From assembly GCA_017853715.1 (NCBI GenBank), contig JAFMIZ010000002.1, forward strand, positions 20,128-84,127: a stretch of 64,000 nucleotides of DNA. Direction: 5' to 3'. The number at the start of each line of letters is the position of its first letter. The stretch's first letter is position 1. Below, in pieces: positions 27,766 to 34,495 of the stretch. The translations under genes were made by a program, and so were the position numbers. The DNA is from Pedosphaera sp. (GTDB taxonomy: Bacteria; Verrucomicrobiota; Verrucomicrobiia; Limisphaerales; DSYF01). The notes beneath the pieces were generated by a model, which saw only the letters and a list, made by a program, of their open reading frames with translations, did no database searches and was not told the DNA's origin.

Positions 27766-29055
27766 CTATACCTGCGCCAGCTGAAGTTTCGGATCAAACG
27801 GAAGCCCCAGCGCCAGTTCGTCCGGCAGCGGGCAAAACTCACGGATTCGCGCCCACAGGTGCGAGAAGTCCTTGTTCAAATCGCCCGACAGGCAGTCAGT
27901 GATTTCGTCCGCCGCTTCCGGATATTTCATGATGACATCCTTGAAGGAGAAGTCCGGGTTGTAAAAGGCATACACCAGCTTGCGCATGTTCTCGATGCTC
28001 CGGCGCAAGGCCACGCCGTAGTCCGTGAAGCGCTCCGGAGAGAAATCCCGCGCCACCAGCGCTTCATGCACCGCGTCACTTGCCATCACCCCGCTCTTCA
28101 AGGCCAGCAACAACCCACTGCTGAAAACCGGGTCCAAAAAGCAAAACGCATCGCCCGCCAGCAACAACCCCGGGCTGTAACAATGCCGCGAGTGATGGGT
28201 ATATTCACTGGTGAGGTAGTAAGGCCCGACCTGTTTGCCCACGGAAAGATGATCCTTGATCCAAAGGTTCTCCTCCACCTCACGATCAAAGATAGCCTTT
28301 GGTTCTTTCACCCCACCGCGCGCCAGATACTTGCCCTCCGCCACCACGCCCACGCTGACCATGTCATTGTGCTGCGGGATGTGCCAGAACCAGCCCTTGT
28401 CCGGAATCATCGCCACCGTGGTCTGGCCTTCATCGATGCCTTGCTCGCGCTTTGACCCTTGGTAATAGGTCCACACCGCCACTTTGTTGAGATAGGGGTC
28501 TTTGGCACGCCAACCGTTGCGCACCGCCGCGAAGCTCTCCTTACCCGAGCAATCCAACGTGATGGGCGCGCGGAATTCCATCAACGTACCATCCTTGCGG
28601 ATGGCCTTCACGCCGAGCACGGTCTCACCCTGGCGCACCAGTTCGCGCACGGCGATTTCCTCCATCACCTCAGCGCCCCGTTCACGCGCATGGTTGAGCA
28701 ACATCTCATCAAACTCACTGCGCAAGACCTGCCACGTTTGCGCGACGGTTTCCTTGTCGTAGCGAGTGAAGAAATAGAACGGCTGACTGGCCTGGCCATT
28801 GGGCTGGGTGAACTGGACGCTGAATTTCTTCTGAAATGCCGACCCTTTCAGCTTGGGGATCAGCCCCAGACGCTCCAGGGGCCCGTAGGTGAAAGGGATC
28901 ATGGACTCACCCACGTGATAACGCGGAAACTTTTCCCGCTCCAGGACAAGGACGCGGTGTCCCTGCCCGGCCAGCATGGCCGCCGCACTGGCCCCGGAGG
29001 GACCGCCACCGATGATGATCGCGTCCCAGTTAGTATCGGCAGTATTTGAAATCAT
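27766..29055 (-). CDS. FAD-dependent oxidoreductase, flavin-dependent halogenase-like
   Basis: 429-aa ORF. The dinucleotide fold is DAIIIGGGPSGASAA. GWFWHIP (nt 28375-28392) matches the WxWxIP motif. FCFLDPVFSSGLLLA matches the FxDPxFSSG-type second FAD motif. Confidence 0.7.
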   Translation of the reverse strand: MISNTADTNWDAIIIGGGPSGASAAAMLAGQGHRVLVLEREKFPRYHVGESMIPFTYGPLERLGLIPKLKGSAFQKKFSVQFTQPNGQASQPFYFFTRYDKETVAQTWQVLRSEFDEMLLNHARERGAEVMEEIAVRELVRQGETVLGVKAIRKDGTLMEFRAPITLDCSGKESFAAVRNGWRAKDPYLNKVAVWTYYQGSKREQGIDEGQTTVAMIPDKGWFWHIPQHNDMVSVGVVAEGKYLARGGVKEPKAIFDREVEENLWIKDHLSVGKQVGPYYLTSEYTHHSRHCYSPGLLLAGDAFCFLDPVFSSGLLLALKSGVMASDAVHEALVARDFSPERFTDYGVALRRSIENMRKLVYAFYNPDFSFKDVIMKYPEAADEITDCLSGDLNKDFSHLWARIREFCPLPDELALGLPFDPKLQLAQV

Positions 29056-29121
29056 GGCGAATCAATCGGGCAAAACTTGGCGGGAAAATAACCCCATTCG
29101 GCCTGTTCGCAAGGGGTGGAT

Positions 29122-32100
29122 TTAACCACCGACACCCACCAACTGACGCCTCGCCTCCTCAATCCATGCCTCATCGGGCAGCGCATACGGACGGAACGTC
29201 TCCAGCCAGCCTTCGTGGCCGTTCCAGAGGATCGCCCGGTGCAGCCCCAAATTGTTCGCCTGCGGCGACTCGATCAGACTCGCCGAGTCGTTCGCGCTCA
29301 TCTGGAACACCACGCGCATTTCAAATTCACTGACCGCCTTGCGGCTCAGCATGCGCATCAGGTTGTTGTAGGTGTCGCAGGTCGCGATCACATGGAAACC
29401 CAGCCCCGCGCCTTCCGTGACCAGCTGGTTGAACTGCAAACCCGGATTCGCGCCCGCATCGGCATCCAGCGAGAAACTCATCTCCTCGTCGAACTTGAGC
29501 TTCTTGTTCCGCTGCAGACCGTGAACCAGCAAAAAGGTCTCGGGCGCATCAGAGCCCGCATTATCTGCGCGTTGCTGCTGCTCGGCGGCCAAGTCGTTCA
29601 TCACCTCTTCCACGTCACCGGGGCGGACCAGTCTCACGTCATGCGGAATGATGGAGACGGCCAGCTCCAAGAACTTCGCCTCCGCCGAGTCCGGTGCGCT
29701 GCAATCAAACACCAGGAAGCGTGCGCCCGACTTGGGATACTGTGCCGCGAGTGAAATCAACGAGACCCCCAGCATGGCCAAAGCCGCTTCGTCGCGTTGA
29801 CCAATGATCAGGAGATGGCTGCCACTGGCGCGACGGAACAGGGCCTCGGTGGGGCCTTTGATGGAATTGGGCGCCCCCAGCCAAACGCGGGCGGCGGGCA
29901 CCGTCTCCCTGGGTGGCGAGGCGAGGGCAGCGCGCAGCATAAGATTGTCACGCACTTCAGCCGGGGCATTGCCCTCGAACACGATCGGCGCGCGCTGACC
30001 GAATTGCTTCAGTTCCGCAACCGCATGGGCCTTCTCCAACCACTGATCACGGGCCTGATCAGGCAGCCAGACGACTTGGAACGGGCTGTTGCCCTGAAGG
30101 GCGCCCGCATCGTCATTATAGATCGCCTCGCCCGGCCGGGAAAGCAACCGCGGCGCGGGGTTGTCCTCGTTCATGATGAGATACGCGTCGGCCTCGTTGC
30201 ATTGCAGCGCGATGCGCACCACCATCTGGCCCATCGTCGCACGGGCCAGCGTGTAGGCCCCGCCGAGCGTCTGCGAACCGAGGATCACGTGAATCCCAAA
30301 CGCACGACCCTGACGAACAATCCGGTCGAGCAGCAAGGACGCCCCCTGCGAAACGCGGTCATCCTCCACAAACAACTCCTGAAACTCGTCGATCAGGAGC
30401 AGCACGCGCGGCATCGGCTCGGCGCCGCCGGCGCGCTTATAACCGGCGATGTCCTGTGCGCCGAGTTTCCGGAACAGATCGCCGCGCCGCTTCAATTCCT
30501 CGTCCACGCGTTGCAACACGCTCAGGCCAAACTCACGATCGCTCTCAATGGCGATGACGCGGGCATGCGGCAGCTTCTTCGTCGCGTAGCACTTGAACTC
30601 GACGCCTTTCTTGAAATCCACGAGGTAGAACTCCACCTGCTCCGGACTGCACCACAGCGCCAGATTGGTGATGATCACGTGGAACAGAGTGGATTTGCCG
30701 GACCCCGTCTTGCCCGCGACGAGTGCGTGCTGACGGGTGCCCTTGCCGAGTGCGAGATACTGCAATTTCGTGGCACCCGTGCGGCCCACCGGCACGCGCA
30801 GCTCACTGGTGGTGTCGAGACTCCAGAATTCATTCTTCCCCGGAGCAACCTCAACGAAAGGCATCTCCACCCGGTTCGAATCAATGCTATCCTTGCCGAT
30901 CTGGTGCAGCAGCCGTGTGGCCTGCTCGGCGCCCGGCGGTCCGTCGAGCGTCAGCTTCAAGCCATCCCAGTTGGCATTCGCAAGGGCGAACCCCTCGCCC
31001 TTGGGCACGACGCTGAGCATGTTCTGGCGCAATTCTTCGGGGATGAACTCCATCGGCGCCGTCTTGCGCTGGTCCCAATGAATCAGCAGATGCACCCCGC
31101 AACGCGGTCCCGCAGCGGCAATGTTCATCAAGCGTTTCACCGCCACGTCGCTGAAGTTCGCGGGGAAGTCGGCGATGACGAGGAAATGGTATTTTTCGGC
31201 CATGCGCCCGGCCTGCGCATTGTATTCGGCGAGCGTCTCGTATTCGTTGCGCAGATACATCTGCGTGACCTTTTCGATGTGCTCGTTGAGGTCGACCAGG
31301 CGTTGCTCGAACTGCGCCTGCTGCGTCCAGATGCGGCTGTTGATCAACCGCTCCTCGAAGTCGGCCAGATGCATGAGGCCGGCAAAATTCTGTCCGAGCC
31401 CCACGGGATCAAAAATCGTGAACGCCAGGCGTCCCGGCGGAGCGCTGGTCAACAGCCGCAGAATCAGGTTGTTCAACGTGGCGATCACGCGGTCCTGCCC
31501 GGCCTGCTTGCTCTCGAACAAGAGCGACGCATGGCGGGGGACCTCCAGAAGCAGCGGCACCGTGAACCGACGCGGCCCGGGCAAAGTAAACCGCTCATCC
31601 TTGAGCGTGACGCCCGACAGCGTTTCGATGTCCACCGACACGCTGGCAAAGCGGGCGGCATGCGCGAAGTCGTCCGGCAGCGCGAATTGCTTCCAGCGGT
31701 CCGACGCCCAGTCAGGAAAGAGCTGCTCGGCCCACTGCGTCGTCGCCTCGATTTCAGCGTAGGCGGGCAGAACGATGTTCTGCCAATCCGCGGCCAAGGC
31801 CGCCAGGATTTCGTCACGCGCGGCAGTCAACCTGGCCAAGCCGTCGCGCTGAGCAGCCTCCAATTGAGCTTTGCGTTCCAAGGATTGCTCGGTGAGCTGA
31901 CGGACGAGCGTGGCGTGCTGGTGCTCCACCACTCCGAGCCGATGCAGCCGCCGCCCGTCGGTGACAGAATTCAGCCGCCGAGCCCGATCTTCCAAGCGTC
32001 GGCCCCAGTCGTCCCGGAGCGCTTTTGCTTCGACCTGCTTGTGTTTCCACAACCGGTTCAATTCGCCGATCTGACTGGCGTGCGTACTGGTGATCCTTTC

Positions 32101-33054
32101 CGTCTCAGCGGCAAAGCTGGCATCCGCTCTCTGCGCGCAGATGTCATGCAGTCTGGCGGCATCCGCCAGCGCGTTCGCCGCCGCTTTGGCCGGAACCGCC
32201 GCCAGCTTCCTGCCCAGGAAGTAGAGCGCGAAGACCAACACCAGTGCGCCTGCCACCCCCCCTCCCGTTGGCGGCAAAGGGGCGGCGTTGAAATCAAATC
32301 TCCGCAATGCCGGCACCAATATGAAGGGCGCGGCAAGAATCACCGGAACCCACAACCAGATGGGCAGCATCTTGAAGAAGAGCGGCAGCACGCGCGCGTT
32401 GATGGCGCCAAGCTGCTTGGACGCTTCCGCCAGCCGGGCGCGCATGATCTCAAGCAACACATCCTCGTGCTTAGAAACATCCAAAGAGGCCGGAGCCGAG
32501 GTGTGGGAAACCAATCTCGCCAGCGCTCCGTAAGCACCCAGTGAAGATGGAATATCCGCCTGCAGTTGCGCCAATTCGGCTTGGGCCTGAGCAAGATTGG
32601 TGTTGAAGGTCTCGTAGCGGGCCTTGTTCGCCGCCGTGTCGGTTTCGCGCACGCGATCCGCCTCGAGCAAATCGCGCTGTATCGCGAAGGTGTGGCGGCC
32701 CTCTTCAGCATCGATCTCCGCCATCTTGGCGATACGGGCGCTTCCCAGCGCCTTGGTCAGGCGCGCCTTGCGACTGGCGTATTGGGCCTCAATGCCGTTA
32801 CGGCGACGTTCCGTCTCCTCGCGAGCCGACTCCATATCCGTGGCAAAGCGGGAACGTTCAGCTTCGAGCGCCTGTTCGTATTGGGCACGCACGCGAGCTG
32901 TGCGCGTGGAATAATCCTTCTCCGCCGCCGCACTGCGCGTCACGACGTCGCGCACGCGGTCGCGCAGCTGGCCGAGGCGTTCGACGATGGCGCCGACACC
33001 CGCGAGCTTATTCGCAGTCGGAGCGGACTTGGTTGAGGGCTCGTTCAAGGGCAT
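29122..33054 (-). CDS. membrane-anchored multi-domain FtsK/SpoIIIE-family ATPase (EssC/EccC-like candidate)
   Basis: About 1310 aa. Canonical Walker A HALVAGKTGSGKST is at nt 30688-30717 and Walker B VLLLIDEF at about 30382-30405. It is flanked by two FtsK-like modules that lack the P-loop (SLLFESKQAGQDRVIATL and HLLIIGQRDEAALAML). Hydrophobic segments span aa 224-283. Long coiled-coil regions lie before and after them. I prefer the ATG at 33054; the track starts at a TTG at 33057. Confidence 0.85.
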   Translation of the reverse strand: MPLNEPSTKSAPTANKLAGVGAIVERLGQLRDRVRDVVTRSAAAEKDYSTRTARVRAQYEQALEAERSRFATDMESAREETERRRNGIEAQYASRKARLTKALGSARIAKMAEIDAEEGRHTFAIQRDLLEADRVRETDTAANKARYETFNTNLAQAQAELAQLQADIPSSLGAYGALARLVSHTSAPASLDVSKHEDVLLEIMRARLAEASKQLGAINARVLPLFFKMLPIWLWVPVILAAPFILVPALRRFDFNAAPLPPTGGGVAGALVLVFALYFLGRKLAAVPAKAAANALADAARLHDICAQRADASFAAETERITSTHASQIGELNRLWKHKQVEAKALRDDWGRRLEDRARRLNSVTDGRRLHRLGVVEHQHATLVRQLTEQSLERKAQLEAAQRDGLARLTAARDEILAALAADWQNIVLPAYAEIEATTQWAEQLFPDWASDRWKQFALPDDFAHAARFASVSVDIETLSGVTLKDERFTLPGPRRFTVPLLLEVPRHASLLFESKQAGQDRVIATLNNLILRLLTSAPPGRLAFTIFDPVGLGQNFAGLMHLADFEERLINSRIWTQQAQFEQRLVDLNEHIEKVTQMYLRNEYETLAEYNAQAGRMAEKYHFLVIADFPANFSDVAVKRLMNIAAAGPRCGVHLLIHWDQRKTAPMEFIPEELRQNMLSVVPKGEGFALANANWDGLKLTLDGPPGAEQATRLLHQIGKDSIDSNRVEMPFVEVAPGKNEFWSLDTTSELRVPVGRTGATKLQYLALGKGTRQHALVAGKTGSGKSTLFHVIITNLALWCSPEQVEFYLVDFKKGVEFKCYATKKLPHARVIAIESDREFGLSVLQRVDEELKRRGDLFRKLGAQDIAGYKRAGGAEPMPRVLLLIDEFQELFVEDDRVSQGASLLLDRIVRQGRAFGIHVILGSQTLGGAYTLARATMGQMVVRIALQCNEADAYLIMNEDNPAPRLLSRPGEAIYNDDAGALQGNSPFQVVWLPDQARDQWLEKAHAVAELKQFGQRAPIVFEGNAPAEVRDNLMLRAALASPPRETVPAARVWLGAPNSIKGPTEALFRRASGSHLLIIGQRDEAALAMLGVSLISLAAQYPKSGARFLVFDCSAPDSAEAKFLELAVSIIPHDVRLVRPGDVEEVMNDLAAEQQQRADNAGSDAPETFLLVHGLQRNKKLKFDEEMSFSLDADAGANPGLQFNQLVTEGAGLGFHVIATCDTYNNLMRMLSRKAVSEFEMRVVFQMSANDSASLIESPQANNLGLHRAILWNGHEGWLETFRPYALPDEAWIEEARRQLVGVGG

Positions 33055-33217
33055 CAATGTTGTTCACGGCAGCATTCACGCCGCCCATCAGTTCTTCGAT
33101 GAATCGCTTCTCGAATTCAAGGGCCTTGGCATCGCGCCAGGAATCCTTGGTCGCGGCCCAGTCTGCGACCAACTGCTTGGTGAGTCCAAGCAATCTGTTC
33201 TTGGTGGCGCTGGTCAT
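33008..33217 (-). CDS. 69-aa helical protein with W-x-D hairpin motif (WXG100-like, paralogous to the 90-aa protein)
   Basis: An ATG at 33217 opens MTSATKNRLLGLTKQLVADWAATKDSWRDAKALEFEKRFIEELMGGVNAAVNNIDALERALNQVRSDCE. Composition and codon usage look genuine. SWRDAKALEFEKRF shares W0, D2, F8 and F12 spacing with the 90-aa protein. The 3' end overlaps the ATPase start by 47 nt. Confidence 0.55.
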   Translation of the reverse strand: MTSATKNRLLGLTKQLVADWAATKDSWRDAKALEFEKRFIEELMGGVNAAVNNIDALERALNQVRSDCE

Positions 33218-33275
33218 CGGCAGTGCGGGAATGGGTTGATGGCGCGGTGGAGTGGTGGGAACACAAGTCTCGCCA

Positions 33276-33368
33276 TCGTCCTCGTTCTCGATTCGGACCC
33301 CGTGTACGAGGACGAGGAGGAGGCATGGTCGAGATTGCGGAACGCTCCAGCACTCCAACACTCCAGCG
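33276..33368. repeat. intergenic 10-bp perfect hairpin plus 8-bp tandem repeat (ctccaRcR x3)
   Basis: tcgtcctcgt (33276-33285) pairs with acgaggacga (33306-33315) across a 20-nt loop. ctccagca ctccaaca ctccagcg lies at 33345-33368. Both sit between the 181-aa and 69-aa genes. Confidence 0.6.
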
Positions 33369-33392
33369 CACCGCTCATTCGTCCGTTCACGG

Positions 33393-33938
33393 TCATGGGT
33401 TCGATTCCTCCCCGCTTTGCCCGTTGGCCGGCGGTTCGCCCACAGGCTTCGGCGCAGAACCGGCCACGGATATTTCACTGTATTCAGCCAGGGTCTTGAT
33501 GACTTGATCCAAGTAGGCCAGGGCGTTCGCCAGATCGTGGGAAATGTTGTGCCGGAATTTCTCCACCTGCTTGGCCACCGGCTCAACCCGCTGGTCGTAT
33601 TGCCGGTTCCAAACCTTGACCACCCGCAGCTTATCCTCGGCGGCGCGCAACTCGTGGCGTGCCCTTTGCACTGCCTGCTGTTGAACAAAGGAGGCGTCGC
33701 GCATCCCGGAAATCTGCGCGCTGAACAACTCCTGCTGGCGCATCTCCAGCTCCTTGTGCTTTCGCCGAATCTGGCCCTCCCAAAAGGTGATGCGGTCGTT
33801 CTCGAGCCACATCCGCGTGCGCAACACCTCTTCTGACACCTCGTCGATCACCCGCCCCGCTTTCTCGCGATACACGATGAGCCGCGAGCGAAAGGCTTCA
33901 ATGGCTTCAAGCGAAGTGACTTTGGCGCGTTCAGGCAT
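33393..33938 (-). CDS. 181-aa helical protein containing a WEGQ (W-x-G) motif and a disordered acidic/Pro-rich tail
   Basis: I chose the ATG at 33938 (MPERAKVTSLEAIEAFRSRLIVYREKAG). The protein contains ...RITFWEGQIRRKHKELEMRQQELF... and ends in SAPKPVGEPPANGQSGEESNP. It sits between the two small W-x-D genes, on the same strand. Confidence 0.65.
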   Translation of the reverse strand: MPERAKVTSLEAIEAFRSRLIVYREKAGRVIDEVSEEVLRTRMWLENDRITFWEGQIRRKHKELEMRQQELFSAQISGMRDASFVQQQAVQRARHELRAAEDKLRVVKVWNRQYDQRVEPVAKQVEKFRHNISHDLANALAYLDQVIKTLAEYSEISVAGSAPKPVGEPPANGQSGEESNP

Positions 33939-33953
33939 GGGGGCGACGGTGAT

Positions 33954-34036
33954 AGTTGCAGGTTGCAGGTTGTAAGCTGCCGGTTGGCTCCGCCGCTGCA
34001 TCTGCAACCTGCAGCTTGAAACCTGCAACTTGAAAC
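33954..34036 (-). promoter_or_regulatory. long imperfect inverted repeat (intercistronic hairpin) between the 90-aa and 181-aa genes
   Basis: The reverse complement of the left arm agttgcaggttgcaggttgtaagctgc (33954-33980) is gcagcttacaacctgcaacctgcaact. The right arm is gcagcttgaaacctgcaact (34011-34030). The gcagcttNNaacctgcaac core matches at 17 of 19 positions. The spacer is about 30 nt. The tgcaggttg / caacctgca motif occurs four times. Confidence 0.5.
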
Positions 34037-34054
34037 GGGCGGGCGGTCATCGGG

Positions 34055-34327
34055 TCAGTGTTGATCGAGATACTCCTCGATCCGCTTCGCTTTGCGGAGC
34101 AGGAAGGGCGTTTGGACGTTCGAGGCTTCGATAAAGCGCTTGAGCACTTTCATCGTGTCGCGGAATTCCTCGGCGAACTTGGCGTGCTCCTGGTCTGACC
34201 ACGTGTCGCCGAGGGCGGCAAAGCGCGCTTGCAGGAGTGACATCCGGTTCTGCAGCTCGATATTGAACCGCTTGAGCTCCTCGGCGAACCGGCGGACTTC
34301 GCCGGGGTCCATTATGGCTTGTGGCAT
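34055..34327 (-). CDS. 90-aa WXG100-like (ESAT-6/EsxA-like) helical hairpin protein
   Basis: An ATG at 34327 is preceded by AGGAAG 4 nt upstream. The sequence is MPQAIMDPGEVRRFAEELKRFNIELQNRMSLLQARFAALGDTWSDQEHAKFAEEFRDTMKVLKRFIEASNVQTPFLLRKAKRIEEYLDQH. The central TWSDQEHAKFAEEF aligns with NWEGQAFSRFEEQF of S. aureus EsxA (sequence from memory). Size and predicted helix-turn-helix layout fit WXG100. Confidence 0.7.
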   Translation of the reverse strand: MPQAIMDPGEVRRFAEELKRFNIELQNRMSLLQARFAALGDTWSDQEHAKFAEEFRDTMKVLKRFIEASNVQTPFLLRKAKRIEEYLDQH

Positions 34328-34495
34328 GGTGCTTCCTGAGGTTGAACGTTGGGTAAAAGTTAGCAGGTGTTGGAATCCGGGCCAATACATTCCCCGCCGA
34401 GCCCCACGCCTTGACGGACGCTGCCACCACTGCGAAGGTTCAACCGCTTGGAGCAGGAATCCCAAGTGGCGGCGACAGGCAACGTGTTCGACCGC

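Noticed and set aside
29797-32544. 915-aa plus-strand ORF
   Set aside because: It lies entirely antisense to the strongly supported FtsK/SpoIIIE gene. Its composition is Arg/Gly/His/Gln-rich and it has no recognisable motifs. This is a typical shadow ORF of a GC-rich gene.
29122-33054. Interpretation as the cell-division DNA translocase FtsK or a conjugative coupling/TraB-type protein
   Set aside because: It lacks the four N-terminal TM helices and the C-terminal gamma (KOPS-binding) domain layout of FtsK. It has three tandem modules, two of them degenerate. No relaxase, integrase or other conjugation genes are nearby, and it is preceded by WXG-like genes. This is still unproven without phylogeny.
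33218-33688. N-terminal 157 codons of the 226-aa ORF 33008-33688
   Set aside because: This part overlaps the 3' end of the better-supported 181-aa gene in another frame. It also runs through the structured repeat spacer and is Arg/Trp/Pro/Cys-rich. Only the last 69 codons, from the ATG at 33217, look like genuine coding sequence.
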